A stretch of 61,727 bases of DNA, counting the filler, from Choristocarpus tenellus KU-1152 (taxonomy: Eukaryota; Protista; Phaeophyceae), in assembly GCA_964200185.2 (NCBI GenBank). It is 10 parts of 10 records of this genome, joined end to end, with 100 filler letters (N's around TTAATTAATTAA, not from the genome) between each part and the next. Parts side by side here need not be neighbours in the genome. Positions count along the whole stretch, not along the records: positions 10,698 to 16,132 come from CAXNAD020010787.1; positions 16,233 to 20,123 come from CAXNAD020017330.1; positions 20,224 to 28,040 come from CAXNAD020005542.1; 7 more parts are not named here. One strand, given 5' to 3'. This document shows positions 12,950 to 26,984 of this stretch, piece by piece; position 1 is the stretch's first letter, and each line of letters starts with the position of its first letter. A model generated the notes under the pieces. The model was not told the origin of the DNA and ran no database searches. It saw only the letters and a list, made by a program, of their open reading frames with translations. Made by a program: the position numbers and the translations under genes.

Positions 12950-14064
12950 ATGGCGCAAGGAGACGATGCAACTGCTCAGTGGGCCCAGCGATACTCTATT
13001 GAGACCAATCCATTAGGCCGTGGATCATTTGCTACGGTGAGTTCCTTTGAGAAGGTTGATTGGGCGGCGTTTTATCCGTTTCGAAATGCAGCGATCTTGC
13101 CTGCTACGTGTGATCCTCAGGTCTCTCTCTTGTGGAGTTATGGGATTTAGGATTGGGTGCCTATGATAGCGAAAGTCAGCGAAAGGACTGGATTGAATTT
13201 TTTTTTGTGCCTAATCGCGTGCTTATCACTACTGGGAGCTTAGGTAGAAAATGCATGTGTGATGGCAAAGATTCTCTGGGGACTTACTTGACTTGAATTA
13301 GTCACCCCCGAATTTCGTATCTGAGCCAGAGCGCAAATGAGCCGCCTGCACAGCAGTGCGCGACAACTGTATATTGATATTTCATTGTCTTGGAGCATCG
13401 TCCACATACCTAGTGGATACAATTTTATGTCGATTGTGGAGGGGAATACCAAATCTTTTCGCCTGGAGCTTGTCAGGTATTCAGACATCTGATATTACCG
13501 CAGAAGGAGCGGCTGATTCGTGACTTCGCAGATATGGATGCTTCCTTCCCACCTTTGCATTTCTCCCTACCCCGAGATTAGCTTCGTATCCGTAGGCACA
13601 CCTGCACGGCATTTTGCTTGTCGTGCCCTTTGTTCGTGATGGAGTTGAGATGAGTGTTATTCCTATAGGTCCGCTTCCTCCTGGTTGATCACACCTATCA
13701 TCTCAGTCATCCCTTAAAGTCACCATATCACCATCGAGCGCTGTTTTCTCCTCTGCAACAGCTCTTCTTTCTTATAACATCCTGTCTGTTGTACCATTCT
13801 CTTCCTCTTCCTCTCAACCATACCTCCTCTCAATCTTCCATGTTTTGCGGTGTTTTCTGCACCCCTTTGTATATGTACGCACGCACGTTCACACCTGTGG
13901 CGCTGTGGGTGGGTGGGTGGGGATATCCTTACAGGTTCATCGTGGGGTGGTCAGGGAGACAGGGGAGGCAGTAGCTGTAAAGGTCATGAGTAGGTCTCGA
14001 CTGGGAGCACAGGCGATGAAGATGCTGTCAGCAGAGATCGGCATACTCCGCACCTTAAATCATC
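12950..14064 (+). CDS. Ser/Thr protein kinase (ATG1/ULK- or CAMK-like), first two exons 12950-13036, 13935-14064; partial
   Basis: LGRGSFAT|VHRG Gly-rich loop, VAVK lysine, and helix-C glutamate in 'AEIGILRTLNH'. GTGAGT donors on both exons. Confidence 0.85.
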
Positions 14065-16386
14065 GTGAGTGGATCGCTGGTGCTGTTGAATGAAGTTTGT
14101 TGGGTGCCCCATACCAAATGCAGTTTTATTTTACGTTGCAAAGTGTATACATGGGAGGGTTGTCGTGAGGTCAAGTATTGCCTTACAGAAGTTAGGTGTT
14201 GAGATTAGCGAGGTTTAGTGCCCTGGTTACCTAAACAAAACACCAATGAGATGTGTTATGAGATGTGTTCTGAAGGAGATGGTTCAGGTTTGGGGAGTGC
14301 AATTATTCTTTACCGTTGTCATTAAGGGTCCGCATTCATCGTTGCTTCACCTTTCAGAGGTATATAAATGATCCTCCCCTTACCTTATTCTCAACAATTG
14401 GTCTTCCATGCAATCGCCAAATGAAGTTGCTTGTCTGGAGACATGTGTCTTGGACAAGGCATTTGGATATAGTGTCTTGACTATGTGCTGTATTTCACCA
14501 ATAAACATACACCCAAGACAGTGTCACACTCGCATACCTAGGACAACCGTAACACTCAAACCCCACAATATTTTAGTTTTGCATACAAGAGAGCATTTTC
14601 CGGACAACAAACGTAATAGAGAAATAAATGCTCCTAAGCATTTGTTTGAATGGGTTACAGACCCAATGGGCTCAGCCGTTTGCTGATCAACAGATGGGAG
14701 AGAGCAACTGGTGCCAAGCATTGTCCCAGACAACTAATGTCTCACAGTAATTATCATCTACGATAACGGATGTGAAGGACCAAATGCCCCCGAGCATTTG
14801 CTGGGTGAAAGAGTTACGAGTATGTGTTGTGGACGTAGATATAGTTTTCCTTCCTGCACTTTTTTTTTTTTCTGTTACATTTTTTCGTTTTCGCCTTCCC
14901 TCATTTACAACCCCTGTCGCCCGGGTTTGGGAAAATAAAGTTAATGTGTGAAATAAGCGCTGTCGAGCAAACAGCCGTAGGCGTTGTTCCGGACAACTAC
15001 TGTTGCAGGGCAAAGTGGTAGTCGAGTTCTTTCTGTGTAGTGGGTATTTCAGAGTAAATTGCACCGATCGTCGCTCCGGCTACAGATGTTGGGGAAAAGC
15101 CTAGTGCTAGACCACGGATACCATAGAGACCATGGATTCGAGTGTTGCATGGACAACTGATGTTACATTGTAACTGGCCCCTTAAATGGTCCCGATAAAG
15201 GTCAATAAAGATAAACCAGCCCTACTGTTGTCCTGAATAGCAGATGTTACTGGGTGCATATGGCAAAGCATTCTAGATTTACACTAGTTGTGAGTGCTAC
15301 ATTCTCCTTAGATGATTGCATATGTACTGTAAGATATGAAGTTGATTAATAGGGGTATGCGTACTTGAGTTGGATTTCTGCTGTGCCTTTACGTAGACCG
15401 AAGTCAAACAAGGAACCATTTCTCGTCAGATATCTCTTGGTTGCTGTGCTGTAAAGGAATATTGTTTGGCGTGATGTAGACACCAACTGGAGCTCGATGG
15501 GAGGGGGTAGGAGATAGTTCTTACACCACTGGTCCTGTTCTATTTCTGCTCAGGACGGAAGATGTAGGTGCTGTTGTCTGTCCAGGAACAATCATACATA
15601 TGTACACAGTTGCTCCAGAGTGCAACTCTTGCCCCTGTTCTACTGTTAGAATGGAGATGTTCCTGAAGACTGAAGCTCAGCTTTTGATGGCACTAGAGTA
15701 CTGATGTACTCTGGTTTAATCTTTACCAAGAAGCATGCTTCGTGTGTGCATCCTATACCATCTTGGCTATGTGCTGGAACTAGGTTTATATTGTATATTA
15801 GTACACATACCTGATCTTGGAGTTCAGTCCAGTGCTACTGCGACATCAATGTAGATATGATGGATATGTATACATCACAGCTCTGCCCTTTCCATTATGT
15901 CAATTTTGCTGGGGGACCTATCCCTTCACCTCTGTTGTGCTCCTCCAACCCCTGACCTCACCTTTCAAGCTAAGAATAGGCTCCTGCTTCACCCACTACA
16001 CCCACCCATAGCTACCAAATCCACAAAAGGTTCCCACCCTAATGTCTGATCCTTGATGCCCCTACCACGTCTGTCACTAACACACTATCCCCCCCCCCCC
16101 TAATCTCACCCACTTCCCCCCCCCCCCCTCCCNNNNNNNNNNNNNNNNNNNNNNNNNNNNNNNNNNNNNNNNNNNNTTAATTAATTAANNNNNNNNNNNN
16201 NNNNNNNNNNNNNNNNNNNNNNNNNNNNNNNNCCATCAAGCCTCGAATGAACAATCTGATCTAAACACCCCCCCCTCCTCCTCTAGGATACTGTGGGCCT
16301 TGAGGAATCTCCCTGGTGTATATCATTGAAATTAATTGCAATAGGGTGAATATAGAGTCAAACCAATTGAGAGGTAGGTAGACAGG

Positions 16387-16647
16387 GAGTGAAAGTATCT
16401 TAGGGTTAGGGTACGAGTTTTGCCCTTTTTGTCCGTTAGGGGCTTGGCTCCCCACGGGTTTGTATCACACTTTACCTACTCCGAAACGTTTTGGAGTAGG
16501 TAAAATGTTTATGCTACGAATGTTATGTCCGGAACAAGGATATTGACACTTCCTAACAAACCCTATAGCCAAAATTATATCAAAATCGCAACATTGGATT
16601 TTGACCTCCAAACGGACGAGGCTCTACCCTCTAAGATACTTTGACTC
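16387..16647. mobile_element. MITE family A
   Basis: Same TIR and internal sequence; TSD CAGG; TTAGGGTTAGGG expansion in the left TIR. Confidence 0.92.
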
Positions 16648-16916
16648 CAGGGTGAAATCCTTCGGATCACAAGAAAGAATTAAAATATGCCATTTTGTTA
16701 CACAGCTGTAGAAAGAGCCTCTTGCTCAATTACGGTGTCATGTGGAAAGGGGGGATATCAATTTTGCATGCATCACTGTTAATGTGAAGGAATAAAACAT
16801 AGGCTATTATTGCACAGGGCAAGAACGATGGCTTAGAATGCAAAAAGGGTCCTAACCCGTCCACCTCTCACAATGTTTGGCTCATAGATACAACCATAAT
16901 ACACCACTTGAACATA

Positions 16917-16984
16917 TACATACATACATACATACATACATACATACATACATACATACATACATACATACATACATACATACA
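16917..16984. repeat. (TACA)n microsatellite
   Basis: Direct reading. Confidence 0.95.
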
Positions 16985-17005
16985 CACATATATGGTGTAT
17001 CTATG

Positions 17006-17310
17006 AGAGAGAAAGTAAACGAGAGTAGTCCAGAGTTGCACCTTAAGGATACCAGTAAATACGTGAAAGATTCGGGTTTCTTTTCTTCAAACCTGTTTAG
17101 AGGACTCTTTCCAAATTCTGTTGAAGAGTATCAAACAATACATAAATCAATGCTCCCAAGTCAAACTTAGCACTTCATCCGCAGAAATATGGGTGAACTG
17201 CAGAAGATTGAAATATTGGCTTAAAATGCAAAATGATAAAAAAACAAACAAACAAACCGAAGTTTAAAAGTCTGTTAGTTGTTCTTGATATTTTGAGGGT
17301 GGGAGTGAAC
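17006..17310. repeat. Dispersed repeat family C, copy 2
   Basis: Colinear similarity with 1645-1940. Confidence 0.7.
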
Positions 17311-18674
17311 GGTGTAAAGAGATTGCCCTGAATGATATTCCAACTCCTTTGAATACATGTTGTTGGTTGAGTTTGTTGAGCTTGACACCTCTCTTCATAT
17401 ATATTTTTTTCTGGTCCCAAAACAAGTGTAAAATTACATCTATTTACATGACTGATCAGCAACTCTCTATGGTTCTTCCATGTGCAGGATACCTTCAGTA
17501 TCTCCAAACTCGGAGACCATGACTCTGCGACCTCAGTTTTCATTTAAAAAATGGCGAAATCTTCCACCTCACATAAAGGGACTCCACCACCCAAACAATA
17601 ATAAGGTCTAGCATATTTTCTAAAGTTCAACCTCGGACTACTATGGTCCTGAACAACCTGGCCTCTCATGCCATGCAGCAATAATCAGCGCACTTGAGAT
17701 TGCACCTGTCGACGTATTTGACCACAACTGGTTGGACTTGGACCTCATTTGAGTAAAGAGGTAACTCAAAGTCTGTCGTTGTCATAGGGCCTCTGTCTGT
17801 GGACACAGTATTGTCTTCCATACCTCGCTCATCAATTCCTTCAACCCCTTCTCCTTCTGCACTTGAAAATACACCTGAACAAGCAGCGTCACCCCCTCCC
17901 TTTATCCCTTCACATCCTCTCCCTCCTCCACTTTCTCCTCCTCCTTCCTTTCCTCTCTCCCCTCCTCCCCTTCCTCCCTTGTCTACTATTTCTCCACTGC
18001 CACCAAATGAACCTTCCCCTTGTTCCCCATGTGTTGTTCCCCTCTCCTCTCTTCCTTCTTCTCCTTCTCCCTTGTCAAGGCAACCTCCTGCACCTGATGA
18101 AACAAACAGTGAGAATACCAATGAGCCCCAATCCCCCTTTCTAGATGGATTTTCCTACTCATCATCGCTTTTGGGTCCTGCCACTGTCCTCCTTTGCAAC
18201 TAGCTATTCTATCATCAGTGGCTCCAAAACCATACAGTCAGCTGGTGGTATATTGTGCTTGTTGCCAACCCTAATTTCTGCTGAGTCGACCAGGCAGACA
18301 TTCCTCAAGTTGCAGGGACAAATGCCTGGTTGATTAGCAGAAATTAGGCGATCATACATCCGGTCCCTAAAACTCGCATTCCATTATCAGATCAGTTACC
18401 ATGTGCTGCTGCTCCTGTTCTGCCGTTAGGGTTCTGCATACCTGTTGTGGCTTTATCCAGCACTTCATTTCCTTTTGCCCCAGTAGAGCGTTGTGCAACA
18501 CTACCAGAGTGTAGTAGATCTGCACTTGTCCGCACCCAGCGCATAGTGGGCCTACCACCAGAGCTCTTTGCCTGCCGTTGGGAGGATACGTGGAATTGAG
18601 GTCAAGGTTCAGGCATTCCTCACCCTCAGTTGAGAACAATAGCTTGAAATTTGTTCATTCCAAAAGATACATAC

Positions 18675-18945
18675 GAGTCAAAAGAGTATCTTAGGGTTAG
18701 GGTAGAGCCACGTCCGTTTGGGGGCCAAAACACGATGTTGCGATTTTGACGTAATTTGGGCTATCGTGTTTGTTAGGAAGTGTCAATACCCTTGTTCCGG
18801 ACGCACCTTTTCATAACGTATACACACATTTTACCTACTCCGAAACGTTTCTGAGTAGGTAAAATGTCATAAAAATACCGTGGGAAGTCAAGTCCCAAAT
18901 GGACAAACTGGGCAAAACTCGTACCCTCTAAGGTACTTTTCACTC
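18675..18945. mobile_element. MITE family A (opposite orientation)
   Basis: TSD ATAC; TTAGGGTTAGGG in the TIR. Confidence 0.92.
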
Positions 18946-19174
18946 ATACAATGGTATTCAGTGTCGATGTTACTGACACACGTCTTCAAACTGACTATGC
19001 TATATTTGGTGCTAGGTCCCTGTCAATCCCCTCCCACTTGTTCCCTTGCTCTCAAGAACATGCAACACGACTGGAAGCACTGTGTGCGCTGCACTTAACT
19101 TGGATTCAAGAGGTGAATAGTTTGGGCAGCAAGGTTTCATCTTGTATCGGAAAAACCGTTTGCTGTTAGTATGT

Positions 19175-19431
19175 GTGCCAAAGTATCTTAGAAGGTACAG
19201 CCGCGCCCATTTGGGAGCCAAAGTCCAATGTTGCAATTTTGATGTAACCTTGGCTATTGTGTGTGTTAGGAAGTGTCAATGTCGATATTTTGGACACGAC
19301 TTCTAATAACATACACATTTTACCCACTCAGAGACATTTGGAGAAGGAAAATGTAATAAAACGCCCATAGGAAGCCAAGCCCCAAATGGACAAACAGGGC
19401 AAAAATCGTACCCTCTAAGATACTTTCACTC
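19175..19431. mobile_element. MITE family A (opposite orientation)
   Basis: TSD ATGT. Confidence 0.92.
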
Positions 19432-19789
19432 ATGTGTAGGTCCACTGAACTAGGAGAATTACAAATGAGCCAACTGTTGAGCACCTTACGCCCTTGTTGG
19501 ATTGTATGATCATTGATTTACTGGAATAGAAGTGAACATAAACCGGACAAAACCCTTGAAACACAAACCCTTGAAACTCTAACCCTTGAAGCACATCATT
19601 TTCATAAATGTTCCCATGACACCGCCTTTTCTTGTCTTGAGGGAGACTAGGCATTGCATGGGCCCGTCAGCAACCGGTAAGAAAATAGGCTCAACTTGGC
19701 AACGACCTTTTTTTCTAAGATTGGTTTATGAGAAATTGTTGAATAGTAACTTGAATTGCTCTGAAGAATAGGCCAACCATAGCTGCAAT

Positions 19790-20048
19790 GAGTGAAAGTA
19801 TCTTAGAAGGTACGAGTTTTTCCCTGTTTGTCCATTTGCGGCTTGGTTTCCCACGGGTTTTCAATGACACTTTACCTACTCCAAAATGTTTGGGAGTAGG
19901 TAAAATGTATACGTTATGAAAAGGTGTCTCCGAAACATAGATATTGACACTTCCTAACAACCATGATAGCCCAAATTACATCAAAATTGCAACATTGGAT
20001 TTTGGTCCCCCAATGGACGCGGCTCTACCCTCTAACATACTTTGACCC
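19790..20048. mobile_element. MITE family A
   Basis: Same sequence; probable TSD CAAT with a 1-nt offset. Confidence 0.9.
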
Positions 20049-20083
20049 AATACAGGAGGTCACGGAGGATGGCGGAAATATAA

Positions 20084-20123
20084 GGGTCAAAGTATCTTGG
20101 GGGGGGGGGGTGGTTTGTGAGGG
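20084..20123. mobile_element. MITE family B-type end at contig break
   Basis: GGGTCAAAGTATCTT followed by poly-G. Confidence 0.7.
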
Positions 20124-20223
20124 NNNNNNNNNNNNNNNNNNNNNNNNNNNNNNNNNNNNNNNNNNNNTTAATTAATTAANNNNNNNNNNNNNNNNNNNNN
20201 NNNNNNNNNNNNNNNNNNNNNNN

Positions 20224-20366
20224 CCTATACAGTCGTTAAGTATACCTCAATTGCACCAACCCTATACAGTCGTTAAGGATACCTCAATTACACCAACCCT
20301 ATACAGTCGTTAAGGATACCTCAATTGCACCAACCCTATACAGTCGTTAATGACACCTCAATTGCA
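20224..20366. repeat. 37-bp tandem repeat x~4 at contig start
   Basis: Unit CCTATACAGTCGTTAAGGATACCTCAATTGCACCAAC, no spacers. Confidence 0.95.
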
Positions 20367-21749
20367 ATTTGCATTCGAACTGCAAGGGCCTTTGCTGAGC
20401 TTCTGTCCATGGAGTGTGCGGCCGTCCACACTTTATTCCCTGTGAACTCGTACAATAGCTCCTCGTTTTTAAACCTGATGCAGAGGCCTAGAGTGAGGAC
20501 TTGTGAATGCCTAAGGATCATTACCACCAAAAAGAGCCCTTGTGAAGTTGGTGACAGGTCAAGGTCGTTCCTTGCACTACTTTACCGGCCTACGATGGAG
20601 ACTATCACACAACCACCTTAGCTCAGCATCAAGCATCTGAGTCCAGAGTACTCCAGCCAGGTCTGCCTACTTTAGTAATGTTGGAGGAGCTTGAGGATAA
20701 AAAACCACCAGACGATACTCTGCATGTGTTTCCTGGTGTTAGCTGAGGGCAAGCTGTGCATTTTTCTGCATTTTTCTGTGTGAGTCATGGATACTGGACT
20801 CCAATCTTCTATGCTAGACCTATTTACTTGGAGAAGGGCAGTGATCACAGAGAGAGGCGAGTGACTATATCTGAGGCCGGATTCAAACTTGAATAGGGTT
20901 AACCTCAGCTAATGATATTAGCAACATCATGAGAAGATTTAGACCCTATGTTTATCGATAGGATTTCTAGTTTTGATGATGTAAAAAAAATATTGTAACT
21001 ATCATACTTGAGCAAACTAATATATGATTTCACGAATAGCATCAACCAGGGGGGGAGGGTGACAATAAGTGGTACTGTACAAGATTAAATTGCATGTTCC
21101 ATTCTTATTTGAGCCATCCTTTGCTAGAGGGGAGTCCCGTTGAGAATCATGTGCTTCAGGCACACTAAAGGATTATTTCACAATTGCATGGACGAACTTC
21201 TGTATCCTCCACCACAGCTATAGTCTCCTAAAGGGAGTTAGTTGTATTTCAGGCAAGGGTGGGATATCAGACTAAAGATTTATGAAGCCTTAGATGTTCA
21301 AGAGGACCTAAATTCGATCCCCCTCTAAGACAGGATGGTTCTTTTGCAACATTGACCTTGCAATCTCGGAAGGTGTTTGGGCCTCTAGGAGCTATTATGC
21401 TCCCTCTTAGACTTGGGCTTCAGGCATGCACACATTCAAAGACACATTCACTACTGTTGGAGTACACATACATGTACCATGTTGTCTATTGTCGTGTTTC
21501 ATTTGTATCTAAGTGAAATCATTTGAAATTATGGATTATGGGACATACTACGCTTTGGGGCAAACACATCATGTATCAATACAGATACTACCAAGCATTT
21601 CATTTTCGTACTCACACATGTACCAACACATAATCCTCATGCTCACAGGACAGCAGGGATGTATGCCAACCTGATACTCATCATCCGAAATAATTTGTCA
21701 GCAGTTCATTGTGCCAAAGATCGGTGCTCTCACAGAATAGAACGCCCAC

Positions 21750-24700
21750 CTGTGATCTTCCTGAACATGGTCTATCAGTCCCAACTCCACTAGACGTTGT
21801 CCAATAGCCACAGCCTCTTCCGGGCTCCCTGCAATGTCCACATTACACATCCACACGACTGCCTCAGCCCCCAGAAAGGATTTTTCAAAGGTGCGGGAAA
21901 GCATAACATGATCCTGTGGTGTTTGTTGTAACAGATTCCACATAGTTACACCAGATGAAGGGTTAGGGTTAGGGTTATGTAGGAGGTAGGAAAGGAAGTA
22001 TGCCCGTGACACTTGGGCAACATTGAAGGCCTCCCCCTTCAGTAGTTGTTGATGGGCATATTCTAGGAGCCGTTGAGTCAAGACTGGCGCTTGTTGGCCA
22101 AAATGAAAAATAACGGGCCTCTTGTGATCAGGAGATGTTTACCAAGATTTCCACATGTATCTGGGACTTGCCATTTGCCGTAAGATATAGGCTTATTGGA
22201 TGGAATGTGGAATGAAATTTGAGACTGTGAAAGATGCACTGATGGGATGTTATGAAGTTCCTGGAAGAATTCCCTGCTTTCAGAATCATTCTATACAGGA
22301 TATTCTCTGAAAGGTTACAAAAGCAACTTGAGCAAGAACCTAGCATGCAATATACTACCAAATTGCCGATAAGCACTGCATAGAGCGATACATTTGAGTA
22401 GCCCAGCTCATTCACATTCATGGAACAAAGGATGCAATCATCCAGAGTGCTGACGAACTGGCTCAGCATATCAATGATGACAAAGCCTGTTGACTATTGG
22501 TTGAAGATGTGAGAGAGGGCGGGGGTTGTCTGCTTGTACTGCAGATCTAATATTTGCTGTGGCAAGGAGGATGATCCTAAGAAGTGATGCTTCAAGTTTA
22601 TCTTCATTGTGTGATACTAACCCTCACCTTGACATCTATCTGAGCCTGCATTTGCCCGCATAGAATCTCTGCTGCTTCCATTGTGAGGTCCATAGCACTG
22701 TTGTACTCACAGTCCACGGTGGCTTCGTTGCCACTGAAACGTTGGAATTTATATTCCGTTGCCAAGCTCTCGCTTGCCTGGGTAAGGTTGCAGCAATGGT
22801 GTATTGTGTCACAGAGATGAAGTATAGGTCCAACCTGTGCCCACCTTATCTTTTTGTGTAATAGTGTTGAAAAGTAGTATTTTGTGTTGTTAGTAAAAAA
22901 TAGGCTATATATGAAATTGATAAAGAATGATCTTATGTCCAACCCCTTGCTATCTGTAGCCCGAAAGACCCAAAATATCTGGGGGGGCGGGGGGGCGGTC
23001 TACACNNNNNNNNNNAGCCAGCTCTTATGTGCGCCGGGAGGCGCCAGAGATGGGGGGGGGGGGGGGGGGCGGTCTACACCAGGGTGTCCATTTGGACCAA
23101 AAACGTGAAAACTCCATTTACATTATCCATCCGACATATGCCACCAAATCAGCCAAACATAGCGACATGAAAATATTGACCCCAAATGGACAGCCGCCAC
23201 ACACACCCCAGATACTTTGAGCCAAGTGCAGAGTATCAACCTCATACCTTCTATACATGTAGACAAGACACAAACTGGGCAATGTTGGAGACCATGTATT
23301 ATTCCTCACCCAATCCTGAACTCCCTCAAGAGAGTGCACTGAAAGCATGGACAGGTTAGAGCAATAGGCAATCATCCTTTTTTGGTTCACCAAACTACCT
23401 ACCATCACGATATTCTACTTGACCACATCGGCAGAAACAGAAACTAGCTTTATTGAACCCTGAGTGATTTCAAGGGGGATAAAATTGGTTATGACTCCAC
23501 ATTCAATGGTAACATTTTTGCTTATTTTAGTGTGTTTGTGTTTGCCTATGTGCGTGATCTAGGATCAGTATGACACTTGTTTGTCTGCGCGCGAAGGTGT
23601 GGTGAGGTTTGAAGTACAATTTCTGTGCAATTTCTGTGCAATTTCAAAAATGATGTGAGAATAGAGTAAGGGACTAGTATGATTCTCACCGTGGATTGTG
23701 AGCTTGTGCTCTGGCGCCTGGCTTTGCTACGCCGGTATAACTTTTTCGTGGCTTGACCCTTTGCTGGTTTGTCCAGGGGGACATCAAGGTACTTCAGAAG
23801 ATGCAGCAGCTTGCGATCCTGAGCATTGGAACATTTTTATTTTATTGAGGTTTAGTGCTGAGAAAAAGTACAAATCAAAAAATAGCTTGAATGAAGAAAT
23901 TGCCCTCCTCCTTGTGCTTGCAAAGATCTTAGTCTATGTTTTCTATACTACACACAACTCTGTGTCACAGTTTGTGTTTTGTGTTGTGTCCACAGCTGTT
24001 CAGTGCATGGACTTGAGTGATGCAAAATGACAACATGGATATATGCTCCCCCATGAAGACGAGAAATTACCCCAGATGGTGTATCATAGACATTCTACTT
24101 AGGACAAAAGGGATACAAAGGTGTGTGTATCAATATCAATCAACCAACCTCAGGAGGCATAGTCTCAGTTAGGTGTGCAATGTCAACCATCCCTGCATTA
24201 TTTGGAGGCACAATGTTTACAATGAGCCTTGAAATCATGACAGAGAGCACGAAGTATGGTGTGCTTTGCTCCAGATGTGTCGCCTGTAAAACAAAATTTG
24301 ACACATTACAGAAAATCACCAAGGGTAGTTAGTGCACTAGGATATGGATTGGCGTTGCTGAGCACACAAGGTTGGCAATGTTGGGGTTTTGCGACTAGCC
24401 AATCCACCAGGTGCGCCACCTGAACAAACAAACAAAAAACAATCTTCAAAATACTTTTTTCATGTCGAAATGGTTGAAAAAACCGCCACCTTAACACAAA
24501 TGTGCAAAATAGATGCATTGCAACAATCCCCCACGGCAGTGCTTGAGGAGATGGATTGGTGTTGCCGAACAAAGCAAGGTTTGCAATGGTGGGATTTATA
24601 AAACATGGAGACAAATGTGAACTGCTGTGCGGACAAACCATTCTGATCACTGTCTTAGAACAGAAGATATGTACAAGAGGTCTCTGTAACGAACTGAAGT

Positions 24701-26440
24701 ACTCTACTTCAACTTTTCTCACTCATCAGCATCGAATTAACAGTCATATACCTACTGGTGTATGTTGTAGTCCCTGCATTGACTTGTTCTTACTTTGATG
24801 CTTATGATGTTCGACTCAGTTGGCTCCCCAGTGCTCATTGCTGTATTGCCACCCCCTGTACTATGGGGGTCCAGGGAAGCTTTCTGGAGCCCCTTTAAGA
24901 TCATTGTCTTCCCCATTCCTGCATCAGACTCCAACATGCAGCATAGCACTGCTCCTTTGGCACAATTTTGCATGGTTGCAACAACCTTTTCTTGCATGCC
25001 CCATACATACATACATACATAATATATATATGCAATTATTTCAGAGTTTCTCGTGAGACATTGGAACTCTGATTTGAACGATAGGCAGGGCATGGTCATC
25101 ACAGTAGGAGACTAGGATCAATACGAAAGGATGTTCAATCTCCCATCCAAATTCTGAAAACATTAGCCTGTTGTCAAAAGATGAGATTGTCATTCAACAG
25201 TAGTGTGGGTTCTTGCTTGAGAGCTGTTTGATTGAAGGTTGGAAGTTGTCACTCTTAAAACGATATCGCCACGTCTCCACATTCGGACAACCTTTCACTT
25301 GCTTTCCACCGGAGGAAAGCATAGTATTCTCTGTTGAGATGTTGAAGTCGTTAGAAAAATGTTAGTCTGCAGACTTGGTACTCACAAAAAGTCAAGGAGA
25401 AAATTTCACATTTGTGAGCATTACAAATCTGCTTACATGGTACCAGAGGTTTGAAAAACAAACATGCCCTCCCGCCCCCCAAAACAAACAAAACAAAACA
25501 AAACAAAACAAATCGAATAGAAAAAAACTTACTCCAAGGATCGTGAACAGCTACCGGAAAGATAATGTCTATGTTCTTAATAATGAATCTGCCAACCATA
25601 GTGCTGTTGCCACCGAAAAGAGTCAGTTGTCAGGTAAAGGACACTATAGCATGATAGAAACAAGTCCCTAATCTAGTTCTGCTAGATGACTGCTTTACCT
25701 CTGATAGAACCTCCTTCCGCCCAGTGACGGGTAAGAACCTGTTGCTACCGCTTGGTCTGCCTGAGCTTCCTGCGTCGCAATCTCCTGACTCCGTCAGTAG
25801 TGTCCCACCTACCACAGGCAGTCTATCACTATTTCTGCTGAATGTTTTGAGCTGAAATCGCCGGCGCAGGTTCACCATGAAGAAGGGAGTAAGGTTCACA
25901 ACATGTGTAAATATAACGTGAGATTTCACGCTTCTTCTATCTATACCCTTTGGGGTCCTCTCCTCAGAATGGGAACTAGTTGCTAACTATGTGCTCTAGT
26001 TCGCTCTTGTGAGGAAGCAATCAATCCGACCAGACATAAGGGGCTTCAAGCATTGTCTGACAACATAAGGTCATTTCAGTGCATTGTCACGTTCTAAGTT
26101 CCCCTTCACAAAAGTTTGACTCGTCCTAAGTTCCCCCTCTACTAGTATCAAGGCATATCCCACAACTAGCATATTCCCGTAGTCTACTCTGGATTTCTAG
26201 TTAGGCACACCTTCACGAGTTGAGGGTTGCCGCAGCATGTGAAGAGAGACCCAAATATGTGTGGGCTTCTGCATCCACTCTAGAACTACACATTTTTCAC
26301 TCCAATGAAGAGTATTCTGCCATAAGTGTGTTGGATGGCTGCAGTTTAGGGTCCGTTTGAATGTCCCTTGCCTGATAAACCTCGATGTCGAAGCTCTTTC
26401 CCTTGGGACGCATTTTACCCACGCTCTTGACATGGATGCC
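21750..26440 (-). CDS. ADCY10-like (class III cyclase + STAND P-loop NTPase) protein with DEP domain, internal exons 26440-26372, 25851-25699, 24985-24794, 24283-24149, 23818-23690, 22777-22628, 21913-21750; partial
   Basis: KGKSFDIEVYQ (end of cyclase domain), VTGRKEVL, Walker A ESDAGMGKT, ATHLEQSTPYF, and a DEP signature (IDVK|DHVMLSRTFEKSFLGAEAVVWM...SPEEAVAIGQRLVELGLIDHV). A 10-N gap at 23006-23015 leaves the NTPase-to-DEP link uncertain. Confidence 0.65.
22967..23223. mobile_element. MITE family B spanning a 10-N gap (possibly two copies joined)
   Basis: GACCCAAAATATCTGGGG...GTCTACACC...CCCCAGATACTTTGAGCC; the flanks do not form a TSD. Confidence 0.8.
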
Positions 26441-26984
26441 CTGCAGCATATCCCTTTGCCGCTGATCATTCACCAACCCGAGCATGATTGCACCAAGCAG
26501 GCACCGCGGGTTAGGAAGGCGTTCCACCGTGAGTGTCAAAATATTTATATTCCAATATACCACCAAGGCAGTAGTCTCACACAGGACTAGTGATGCATTT
26601 CAACATCTGACGATATCAGAGACCAACCATGCCTGCCTTAATCTGTGGGTCATCACCACCCCACTACTCTCTGCATAGTCCTCAAGCATCCACTTCCAAA
26701 CCTACTAGTCTCTGCTCTTCCCCACCCTGTAAGACAGCTTTCTCCCTCCCTATAATTTTCCTTTCTGATGTAGGGAGTTCGAAACTTGACCCAGCTTGGC
26801 GTTGAAGGTCATGGCTTCTGATAGTCTGAAGATAATAGATACGCTTTGATGCAGATTGAGAACATACTTTGAAGCAACTGTAATGAGGAGGATCTAGCCC
26901 TAGTGCTCCAAACAATGGAAAAAAACAAAAGGGGTGAAGAATCTTCTCCATAGTGGTGTAACAGCAGTTGAGGATACCAGGTGC

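Noticed and set aside
17666-18203. Pro-rich and Gly-rich overlapping ORFs
   Set aside because: Low-complexity pyrimidine tract with no domain or splice support; possibly retroelement debris.
18367-18639. Possible Ulp1-like protease relic (HYALG...IYYTL)
   Set aside because: Motifs are scattered over frames and the catalytic residues cannot be identified.
20224-20366. 37-bp repeats of CRISPR-like length
   Set aside because: Head-to-tail with no spacers, no cas genes, eukaryotic context.
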